A stretch of DNA of 63,755 nucleotides, filler included, from Saprolegnia diclina VS20 (lineage: Eukaryota): NCBI RefSeq assembly GCF_000281045.1. It is 3 parts of 2 records of this genome, joined end to end, with 100 filler letters (N's around TTAATTAATTAA, not from the genome) between each part and the next. Parts side by side here need not be neighbours in the genome. Positions count along the whole stretch, not along the records: positions 1 to 29,970 come from NW_008246107.1; positions 30,071 to 61,150 come from NW_008246107.1; 1 more part is not named here. One strand, written 5' to 3'. This document shows, piece after piece, positions 25,899 through 34,671 of this stretch. The notes below the pieces were generated by a model. It was not told where the DNA came from. It searched no databases and saw only the letters and a list, made by a program, of their open reading frames with translations. The translations under genes and the position numbers were made by a program. The stretch's first letter is position 1, and each line of letters begins with the position of its first letter.

Positions 25899-26946
25899 CG
25901 TCGGCGGTTGGTGGGGAAAAGAATTATATCTCAACGTTGTCGCGCCAATTCGACTTGACGTTTCAACGGGAGAAACCGACCCAACGCCACGGGGCGCCAC
26001 GTTGGACGCCGGTGGTGAGCCCGAAAGGCAACAATTGGAGCCGTTGCCGTACGAATTGTTGCTTCGAGTATGCTACAGGCATGTAGACTACTGCCGCATC
26101 TCCCCATGCTTCATCCCAAAGACTCGCCACCGAGTCAATCGTTTGGTCCATTTTAAATCGGATCCAAAAACACCTTTTTACTTTGAGCCCTACAGAAAGC
26201 ATTTTGAGGATAGGATACACCAACTGCAAGGCGTGCATCCGGCGTCGCTCTCAAAACTTCTCCACACTCCATGCGACGGCACACGAACCTCGGTGCCGTT
26301 GCGCAACCTAGATACAAAATGCACTCGGTGAGCTCGCCTCGCATAGTCTCTACTTTCCTCACGCGTCGACTATGTTTCGCGCGTTTCGGGCCAATGATCC
26401 TGGTGTTGATCGGTCGTGTTCCTCGCTCCAGAAGCGACTTCAACCTCCGGCATCTACTAGTACGCCAAACCCACTGCAATTGGTTTGCTCATTGCTGTAC
26501 AGTCTAGAGTTGGCTATGCCTTCTGCACATACCAGATCTGAGTTTACCGTTGGAACCAGTCCACGGCCAGAACGACGCCGACGTCGACCAAGCACGCGGT
26601 GCCACCGAGGCGACTTCAACGTCGCGTCGCGGCAGAAGGCGTCGTGTCAACACCCGACGCACTTTATCGAGTGTTTCTGGTGATTGCGTATTTTATGGTA
26701 GCACAATAAGAAACAAGCATACACATATCAAGATACGCGGTGAGGATCTCAACGCACCATTACGTCATCGCGATGTGGCACGATCGTTCTTCTTAGGTGC
26801 GGTTCGGATTACCGAGTATATTGTATGAGGTCAAAAGCGTACTTTATCGGGCGCGCACTTGAACGACTGTCGCAGATCTTGCGATTCTTGTGGCATCCGT
26901 CGCGCATGGAGGTGTGTTCATAGCTGGTTTCGCCGCCTCGTGCAGA

Positions 26947-28245
26947 ATGCTTCGGTCGTCGATCTCTCGCGTGCGCCGGGCGTTCTCGACGTCGTCGTAC
27001 CTGCAGCGAGAGACGAGCTACCCGGTGCAGAAGATCAAGGTCGTGCTCCTCGAGAACATCCACCCGCGCGCAATCGAGATCTTTGAGAACGAAGGCTACA
27101 GCATCGAGACGTACAAGGGCGCGCTGGGCGGCCAAGAGCTCATCGACATTGCCGCCAACGCCAACATCCTCGGCATCCGCTCCAAGACACAGCTCGACCG
27201 CACCTTCTTCGATTCGATCGGGTGGCACGAGCACCGCCTCTGGACGATCGGCTGCTTCTGCATTGGCACCAACCAGGTCGACCTCGCAGGCGCTGCGCAG
27301 TACGGCGTACCCGTCTTCAACGCGCCGTTCTCCAACACGCGCTCCGTGGCGGAGAAGACGATCGGCGAAGTGCTTTGCCTTCACCGCAAGCTCTTTGAAC
27401 GCTCGACCGACATGCACGCCGGCATCTGGAAAAAGTCGGCGACCGGCGCCCACGAGGTTCGTGGCACAACGCTCGGCATCGTTGGCTACGGCCGCATCGG
27501 GTCCCAAGTCTCGGTCCTCGCGGAGCTCCTCGGCATGAAGGTCGTCTTCTACGATCCGCTTAAGTGTCTCCCGCTCGGCAACGCCACGCAGCTCGACTCG
27601 CTTCAAGACGTGCTCGCGACGGCTGACTGCGTCACGCTCCACGTGCCGGCGACGAGCTCGACCAAGAACATGATCAACGAAGAGACGCTGCGCTGCATGA
27701 AGGATGGTGCTCTCCTCATCAACAACGCCCGCGGCGCTGTCATGGACCTCGACGCGGTCGCCGCTGCGCTCAAGTCGGGCAAGCTCGGCGGGGCGGCCGT
27801 CGATGTGTTTCCGTGGGAGCCGGCCAAGAACGGTGAGCCCTTCTCGACGCCGCTCCAGGGCATTCCGAACGTGATTTTGACCCCGCACATTGGTGGCAGC
27901 ACGGAGGAGGCCCAAGGCAACATCGCGGTCGAGGTCGCGACCAAGCTCGTGCGCTTCATCAACGAAGGCTCGAGCATTACGGCGACCAACATCCCGGAGG
28001 TCGACCTCGGCCTCACGTCGGCGGGCAACATTCGCATCCTCCACATGCACCACAACGTGCCCGGCGTCCTCAGCAAGATTCACGCCGTCCTCTCCGACTA
28101 TGGCATCAATGTGAGCGCGCAGTTCCTCCAGTCGAACGCCCGCCACTCGTACATCATCCTCGAGGTCGAGCCATTCCACGCCAAGCTCGTGACACGCGAG
28201 CTCAAGAAGATCAAGGAAACCATCTTCCTCCGCACCCTGCTATAA
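26947..28245 (+). CDS. serA: D-3-phosphoglycerate dehydrogenase (ACT-domain type) with mitochondrial-like presequence
   Basis: LGIRSKT, CFCIGTNQVDL, NAPFSNTRSVAE, GIVGYGRIG, INNARG, TPHIGGSTEEAQ and C-terminal ACT domain HHNVPGVL. N-terminus MLRSSISRVRRAFSTSSY. Confidence 0.97.
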   Translation: MLRSSISRVRRAFSTSSYLQRETSYPVQKIKVVLLENIHPRAIEIFENEGYSIETYKGALGGQELIDIAANANILGIRSKTQLDRTFFDSIGWHEHRLWTIGCFCIGTNQVDLAGAAQYGVPVFNAPFSNTRSVAEKTIGEVLCLHRKLFERSTDMHAGIWKKSATGAHEVRGTTLGIVGYGRIGSQVSVLAELLGMKVVFYDPLKCLPLGNATQLDSLQDVLATADCVTLHVPATSSTKNMINEETLRCMKDGALLINNARGAVMDLDAVAAALKSGKLGGAAVDVFPWEPAKNGEPFSTPLQGIPNVILTPHIGGSTEEAQGNIAVEVATKLVRFINEGSSITATNIPEVDLGLTSAGNIRILHMHHNVPGVLSKIHAVLSDYGINVSAQFLQSNARHSYIILEVEPFHAKLVTRELKKIKETIFLRTLL

Positions 28246-28525
28246 AGATAACTAAATACCCTCAATTATCTTTTCTTCCAAGGCTTGCGCAGCTGCTCAC
28301 GGTGTGCGGTGCCAGAGTGGTTGCAGTCATGGGTGGTCAGCCGCCCAACAGACGGTGCCGAAACACGTGCTCACTGTGGGTGTCCGTTGAGTCTGCATAT
28401 CGCCAAATTTTGTCCAATGCTGACAGTCATATCGCTTGTTTGCCCTGCGAATTCGTTTGCTCCACCGTGGGAATCACAAACCAAGGAATAAATTACGACA
28501 GAAAACACATCGAACGGAGAGCTGT

Positions 28526-29188
28526 CTAGACGGCGACAGCGGTCTGGGCGGGGAAAAAGTACAGGTTCTTGCGGTCCGACTGCCACCCGCGAAGGTTCAT
28601 TCGGCGACCGCTGGCAGCGCGGTGGAGCTGACCGACAACATTGGCGTCAAGACCCAAGAAGGCTTCAATGGCGTCGAGCACTTTGCACTTGGCGAGCTGC
28701 CAGTTGGGGAGGTCGACCGAGCTCGCGTCGGCGCTGGCGGCCTCAAACTCGGTCTTAAAGTGCTGCAGCTTGGCCAAAAGCGACGTAAGGAACTCGGAGA
28801 GGTCGCGCTTGCGGTCTTCGAGCACCTTCTGTGAGTGGCTGAAGAAAAGCGTCTTCTTGGGAAAGTCCACGGACCGCAGAAGCGCGTGCAGCGTCCAGAA
28901 AGGGCACGAGCCCATGACGCAGTCGCATGCGGCGCCGTCCGCGGCGTCGGTGCTCGCGAGCAGCGACTTGTAGAGGCGTCGCCACTCTGAGTAGGTGCGC
29001 GCGACGAGGTGCGCCGGCGCCGACGCCCGCGGCAGCTGGATCGAGATGACGTACTCGGGCGACTTGACCTTGTCGTCGTCGACGCGCACGATCTCGGCCG
29101 TGATGTCGCAGAGGACGCTCGAGTCGGCACGGTTGAGCCGCATGCAGCTAAGGACGGACGAGGCTCGAGACGCGCGCTGCTGGTTCAT
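28526..29188 (-). CDS. PX-domain-like protein
   Basis: YVISIQ...VARTYSEWRRLYKSL...FPKKTLFF...VLEDRKRDLSEFL matches the PX pattern RRYS.F..L...FP.K......R...L..FL, with a Cys-rich insert. Confidence 0.75.
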   Translation of the reverse strand: MNQQRASRASSVLSCMRLNRADSSVLCDITAEIVRVDDDKVKSPEYVISIQLPRASAPAHLVARTYSEWRRLYKSLLASTDAADGAACDCVMGSCPFWTLHALLRSVDFPKKTLFFSHSQKVLEDRKRDLSEFLTSLLAKLQHFKTEFEAASADASSVDLPNWQLAKCKVLDAIEAFLGLDANVVGQLHRAASGRRMNLRGWQSDRKNLYFFPAQTAVAV

Positions 29189-29970
29189 GCTTGATGTGGG
29201 GTTGAAGCGGCAAGTTGGCAACTGCTGCGGATCGACGTCATTCTTTTGGCAACCCTGCGCCATCCGACGCCGTGACTAATGCGATTCCCTTGAACCAGAC
29301 GGCGAGCAACATGTGGCTCCCAGATTCGCACAGATGAGTACTCTTTGCTTTTTATCGACGCCGCGATTGGTCGATGCGAGGTGCAGGTGGGTGCTCGCTT
29401 CAAGTGCATGTGCGGGTAGCTGACGTGCGTATGTGGCACGTTATCGCCGTGCGGTGAAGCGTCCTGTCCGTGCACCTTCCCAGCACGCTGCGTCATGCTG
29501 CTCGAGCCTCTACAGAGCGCCCAGCTCGTTTGTTCCTTGCTGACGCCAGAGGCCTCAGTGGGGCAATTGCGTCTCACCCAAGACGACGCATGGGTCGACG
29601 GGTCCCACAGCCGCGAATCTAATCGGCGGCGTCTGGACGTGACACCTGATTCCAAACGCACGCTCCCCTTCCGCAAGCGATCAAAATGCGCCTATGCGGG
29701 CGCAAAGAGGCGGCAACCGACGGCAAGATGGGGTGGCATCGCCCGAGTAGCTTTCGATTACAGCACCAAGTTGGTTGTAACGCGCCAAATTGAGCTGATA
29801 GACAACGGCAACGCGCTCACTTGTCCGCGAACGCGATCGAAGCGGCTTCCTGTTTTTACGTTCGTGCGCTGCGGGGCTGCGTAGACGAGGAGGTACGGTG
29901 CCATCACGTCGTCCTATCCAGGTGCGTCGTCATCGACCAGTCGCCACGACTCTTCTTGGACCATATTTGA

Positions 29971-30070
29971 NNNNNNNNNNNNNNNNNNNNNNNNNNNNNN
30001 NNNNNNNNNNNNNNTTAATTAATTAANNNNNNNNNNNNNNNNNNNNNNNNNNNNNNNNNNNNNNNNNNNN
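29971..30070. other. Assembly gap with artificial TTAATTAATTAA linker (30015-30026)
   Basis: N-run with an embedded six-frame-stop spacer. Confidence 0.95.
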
Positions 30071-30332
30071 TGCGCCTGTTGACGGGAATGAGACGACGGA
30101 CGGCAGCGTCTTGGCCTTCGCGTCGCCAGTGCTGTGGTTGACAATCTTGACGTGGTTGGCGTGCAGCTTCCAGTACCCGACGCCTATATGAGGCTAAGAA
30201 CTGCACGTATAGATAGATGAAGTTCGAACACGAGTTGGTCGTCCCGAGGTCGATGCCAATGCAGACCGTGCCATTGCGGAACTCGTGGGCGTTGACGCCC
30301 CAGCTCTCATACGTTGCATCGCGGCTGGACAT
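30071..30332 (-). CDS. 5' part of an atypical Hsp70-family gene, copy 1 (runs into gap)
   Basis: MSSRDATYESWG...CIGIDLGTTNSC|intron|VGYWK...VKIVNH...KTLPSVVSF matches the Hsp70 N-terminal signature IDLGTTNS and the TxPSVVxF motif. Confidence 0.8.
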
Positions 30333-30707
30333 GGTGCTGATATTGAGTTTGGCAGGTGACACCAAGTATTTTTCACTTCGTCCCCATTTTGGCGATATAT
30401 TATCAATTGGTCCCCAACTTTTGCCAATAGTATCACTTGGTCCCAAGACATTTGATTGACCGAAATAGGCCAATTAATTGAAGCTGATTGGACGGAATCT
30501 TAGTAATTCCTGCAGCCCAGCACGGTTGCTCTAGCACTAAAAGATGGCGCTTTATGAAATTCGGGCATGGCTGGCACCTGTGAAACATTATACATATTTA
30601 TCCAATACGGGAGGTTATGACGTGGCGTCTTGACGCAAGAAGTCCTTGGGGTGCTATGTACAAGTATGATCGATCTTTTGCAAAGACGCAAGTAGCTATG
30701 TTATTGC

Positions 30708-31467
30708 TTAAGACGTGATGTGCTCGTACATGATGGTCGCTCTCGAGGCTGCCCGCGTCGCTAGGTTCCAGCAAAACACGAGGAATGCATGCGCCATCTT
30801 GGAGAGGAGCGGGTCTCTGCTTCGTTTTATAGCTGTCTCGACGAGATTCATGTAGCTTAGTAACAAAGACATTCGGTAAGTCAGCTACGGAAGCATTCGT
30901 GAGACGTACCATCCATAGAGAGCGGTTCCTTGACTTCGGTCATCTTCATCTGGCCCTTTTGCTTGTACGTCGCAACGCTCCGCTTATACCCATGCAAAAT
31001 ACCTACGCAGTAGTCAGAGACCATGGTTGTCGGAATGTAGAGACATACTCGTCATCATCGCGTCAAGTTTTGGCGAGATCGCGCAGACGTCCTTGTGCAA
31101 GAAGACAAGCGCATTCTTGGCGCCGTTGACGTGGTTGCGCGAGTTGTATTGCGGACGAACGGTTGGCCGTTGCGGTCGATTTTGTGCGTGAGGCAATCAT
31201 AGTAGCGCTGCACGACTTCGACTGGCAGTGGGAGCTTAATGAATCTTGATCGTCCACGAACGCATTGTTCGACGCCCGGTACTGCTTGCGCGTCGACTTG
31301 GCCACGCAGCGGTAGATGGCCGCGGCACCTGGGATGTCGGCCGGCAGGGTACGAGGAGCGTCGGTCGAGACGGGAGGTGAGGAGGAAACACTACTGGTGC
31401 TTGTATTGCGGCGCGCCTTCTTTGCGCGCGCGGCGGCAGTCGGAGGAGCGGTCGAGCGCTTCGCCAT
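30708..31467 (-). pseudogene. Truncated, frameshifted tyrosine-recombinase-like (Crypton-type) gene with introns
   Basis: Fragments AKSTRKQY, YNSRNHVNGAKNALVFLHK, GYKRSVATYKQKGQMKMTEVKEPLSMDG and AHAFLVFCWNLATRAASRATIMYEHITS*. From recall, these resemble stramenopile/fungal Crypton YR N-terminal motifs. The C-terminal catalytic half is absent. Confidence 0.65.
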
Positions 31468-31720
31468 AGATTTTTCGAAGTGGATCAAGAAGCGACCACT
31501 CATTTAGCGGTAAAATAATGGTAATTACGATGTTTGACCGTTTTTTGGGCATTATTATGGCCCGATTTCGCTCGAATTTCGTAAAACCAGAATAATCGAG
31601 GCACTATCTCGGGGACCCTACTTCAATACTCAAAGCGAGCTTAAAATATGCGGATGAGCCGGATACGCCAGATAGTGGCGCCAATATCTCGTATTACGAA
31701 ATTGGAATTTCGCTGGGCGT

Positions 31721-31806
31721 TATTTCCAGAGCCAGGCCGAAGGATTATTTCGTAAGCCAGCGCTATTTCCAGATCCAGCCCGAAGGATTATTTCGTAAGC
31801 CAGTGC
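31721..31806. repeat. 43-bp subterminal tandem repeat x2
   Basis: TATTTCCAGA(G/T)CCAG(G/C)CCGAAGGATTATTTCGTAAGCCAG(C/T)GC at 31721 and 31764. Confidence 0.9.
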
Positions 31807-32138
31807 TATTTAGTGCTGGAGCAACAGTGCTGGGCTGCAGGAATTACTAAGATTCCGTCCAATCAGCTTAAATTATTTGGCCTATTTCGGTCAATCAAAT
31901 GTCTTGGGACCAAGTGATACTAGTGGCAAAAAGTTGGGGACTAATTGATTGTATATCGCCAAAGTGGGGACGAAGTGAAAAATACTCACCCACGCACATA
32001 CAGTGTATTGAATATGAGAGGATGACCTAAACGTGTTGTCATCGTGTGCAGCAACGTCTCATGTTATGGTGTCGATTACAACCCGGCTGGAATATAATAC
32101 GACTGCAGTACAAACTCGTCGTTGATTCGAAACACGTA

Positions 32139-32699
32139 CTAGCGTCCCGTTTGCGCGGCGTTGTCAGCATCCAGCTGGGCAGCCAAGTTGTTGGCGTTCT
32201 CGGCGATGGTGTCGATAATCGCCCGAATGCCGTACACGAAGTCGTCTGCTTGGTCGTTCACGGCGAAGTGAGCCATCGCTTGGACCAAACCAGCAATGTT
32301 GACGTCCTCGAGCACCGTTCTCGCGGCGTTGAAGTTATCTTGGCGCGTCGCTGGCTCACGTAAAATGTCGACTTGGGCCTCTTTGACGTACTTGCCGCCC
32401 TTGAAGCCGCGTGGGTACGCAGTAAACCGAATATCGGTGCGGTCACGAAGCAAATTACACATCTCGGCGAAGTTCTCTTGCGTGAGCAGCTGGTAGTCCG
32501 TGATGCTGTCCCTGAACTTGATGTGGTATTTCTTGTTCCCCAAACCGGCACCGATGAACTTGTAGTTGAAGATCCCCGGGATGGCGTTGGGATTCTCTAC
32601 AACCTCGTCGAAATCCATGAGATGGAGCTTTTCAGTGTTGAAGCAGCGGACTGGCACTTCACAGCGAAGCGTCACTTGACGTCTTGGATCCAATGCCAT
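32139..32699 (-). CDS. Orphan intronless 186-aa protein (unit 1)
   Basis: Open ATG-to-TAG frame with protein-like composition and lower GC than neighbouring genes. A diverged paralogue at 33701-34210 supports coding status. Confidence 0.65.
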   Translation of the reverse strand: MALDPRRQVTLRCEVPVRCFNTEKLHLMDFDEVVENPNAIPGIFNYKFIGAGLGNKKYHIKFRDSITDYQLLTQENFAEMCNLLRDRTDIRFTAYPRGFKGGKYVKEAQVDILREPATRQDNFNAARTVLEDVNIAGLVQAMAHFAVNDQADDFVYGIRAIIDTIAENANNLAAQLDADNAAQTGR

Positions 32700-33169
32700 G
32701 AGTTCGTCGCTTGCTCGGCTCTGCAAATGTAAAAATGATCCTCTGTTGCAGCTCGTGGTGGAGGCAAATCACCCTTATATGTTCGATTTATATCTTAAAC
32801 GTGGACGTTTCAAGTCCAGCTCGACCACCACCGAATGATTCTTTTAACCACTGGGAATGCTTCGATTTAAAGTCGACGTCGGAGAACTAATCCAGAGAAA
32901 GAGTTCGCGATCCCTCTCTTCAACCACTAAGACATCAATACACTACACTGCTTCGTGATTGTCACCCCTTGTAGCAACCAATGAATGCTTGCGATGGTTC
33001 CTAAAGCAAGGGATACCCATGAACGACAGTTTCAATGCCCACCACTGACTTCAATATGGACGTTGAAAGTCCATTTTAATCGCAACTGAGCGACACAGAC
33101 ATGAAGTGTACTAGTACTTGTACTATTTTATGCTGTATCTTTTGAGCATTCGACTTGAAAAAAAATATT

Positions 33170-33382
33170 CAGAACAATTAGCTAACGGTACTGACGACAG
33201 ACAGCGAGGCGGGAGGTTGTACAACTGCGATTGAACCCAGAACCTAAAATGATACCAGCAGCGAGGCGGGAGGTTGTATAGCTGAGATTGAACCCAGAAC
33301 TTAAAATGATACCAGTTGAAAGCACAGCTATACAACCTCCCGCCTCGCTGTCTGTCGTCAGTACCGTTAGCTAATTGTTCTG
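33170..33382. repeat. Foldback/MITE-like element: perfect 52-bp inverted arms with an internal 57-bp direct repeat x2
   Basis: 33170-33221 is the exact reverse complement of 33331-33382. Direct units lie at 33202-33258 and 33259-33315. The right arm abuts the gap. Confidence 0.8.
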
Positions 33383-33482
33383 NNNNNNNNNNNNNNNNNN
33401 NNNNNNNNNNNNNNNNNNNNNNNNNNNNNNNNNNNNNNNNNNNNNNNNNNNNNNNNNNNNNNNNNNNNNNNNNNNNNNNNNN
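33383..33482. other. Assembly gap (100 N)
   Basis: N-run. Confidence 0.98.
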
Positions 33483-33684
33483 GCTGTGGTTGACAATCTT
33501 GACGTGGTTGGCGTGCAACTTCCAGTACCCGACGCCTATAAGAGGCTAAGAACTACGTATATAGATAGACGCAGTACGCACACGAGTTTGTCGTCCCGAG
33601 GTCGATGCCAATGCACACCGTGCCATTGCGGAACTCGTGGGCGTTGGCGCCCCAGCTCTCGTACGTTGCGTAGCTGCTGGACAT
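33483..33684 (-). CDS. 5' part of an atypical Hsp70-family gene, copy 2 (runs into gap)
   Basis: MSSSYATYESWGANAHEFRNGTVCIGIDLGTTNSC|intron|VGYWKLHANHVKIVNHS; highly similar but not identical to copy 1. Confidence 0.8.
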
Positions 33685-33700
33685 GGTGCTGATATTGAGT

Positions 33701-34254
33701 TTAGCGGGTAACAGAACCACCCATACGTGTATTGGATGTGAGAGGTAGTCGTGCTGGCGCAGTGTTGGAGCCCAACTGCGTCGCCAAGAGGCTGGCGCAC
33801 GCAGTGATTGCATTCGTGGCCGTGAGCGAGACATTGAGGCGGTCGGATTCGATGGCGCTCACGTCGATGTTGGCCATGAGGCCTACCAGCTGAACCAAGT
33901 TGAGGTTTCCAAGGTTCTGCCAGGCAGCGCCGAAGGTTTCTTGGGGCGTCATCACTACTAGCGCAACTGGATCGGTTCGGGCACCAGCATGGGCTGGCGT
34001 CTCAGCCTCGGCAAGCCAAGTTGAAGGATGAGCTACCTCCCATTGGGGTGACCGGACGGCGACAATCGTGACGTTGGTGCACGTGGAGAGGAGAGCAATC
34101 TTAGCGTGAAGGATCGTGTCCGAGAGTGGGACGCTGTCTTCGACCGATTTCCTGTCAAGAGAAAAATGGCCATCGTGACCTGAAAACTGTTTGTATGGTT
34201 TCTCAAATATCTACTGGGCTGCCTTGCATTTAACTTTGCATCTTCTGTCGCCAT
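33701..34254 (-). pseudogene. Diverged paralogue of the 32139-32699 orphan (unit 2); start disrupted or spliced
   Basis: The open frame 33701-34210 aligns without gaps to the unit-1 orphan in two blocks. An in-frame TAG lies at 34211-34213; the nearby ATG at 34254 is in another frame. Confidence 0.5.
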
Positions 34255-34671
34255 TGCAGACCACGCGAAGGCGAGCTAGATCTAAGGCGAGCTATATTGC
34301 GATTAAAATGGACCTGCAACGTCCACAATGCCGACAAAAAGGTGCCGTTCCTTGCTTGGCGAGGATTCGTCAACCCCACTTGTCACCAAAATGGGGCGGT
34401 GCACTATGTACAAGGCACCATGTTGCTCGAAGTGAGGGAGTGATCTCGTCCTTGAGCAGTTCTCTGACGCACACGAAAGAGAATTGGGGAATGATTCTGA
34501 GACAAGTCCCACGATATCGTTGAAAATGGACTTGCAACGTCCATCAACGATTCGAAAATCCACGATTTTTGCCTCCAACTACAAGAGTGCAACCGTCTAC
34601 TACCGCGTGTATAACAGTACGATTCTCAGTCGAGTGCAACGCGAACCGATTTCGAGCAATATTTCGCGTAG

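Larger units (their letters stand above)
30364..31987. mobile_element. 1.6-kb element with ~178-bp terminal inverted repeats carrying a decayed Crypton-like tyrosine recombinase
   Basis: TIRs at ~30364-30541 and ~31809-31987 (AAGTATTTTTCACTTCGTCCCCA... vs ...TGGGGACGAAGTGAAAAATACTC). The two flanks rejoin to match the uninterrupted paralogous site at ~33691-33745. Confidence 0.85.

Noticed and set aside
25621..26683. Plus-strand ORFs in the serA upstream region
   Set aside because: They partly overlap a better-supported minus-strand gene, use non-ATG starts and show no motifs.
30015..30026. Palindromic TTAATTAATTAA islands inside N-runs (also 61195-61206)
   Set aside because: Artificial six-frame-stop scaffold linker, not biology.
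33202..33315. Direct repeats here and at 31721-31806 as possible CRISPR-like arrays
   Set aside because: Only two abutting units with no unique spacers; eukaryotic transposon context.
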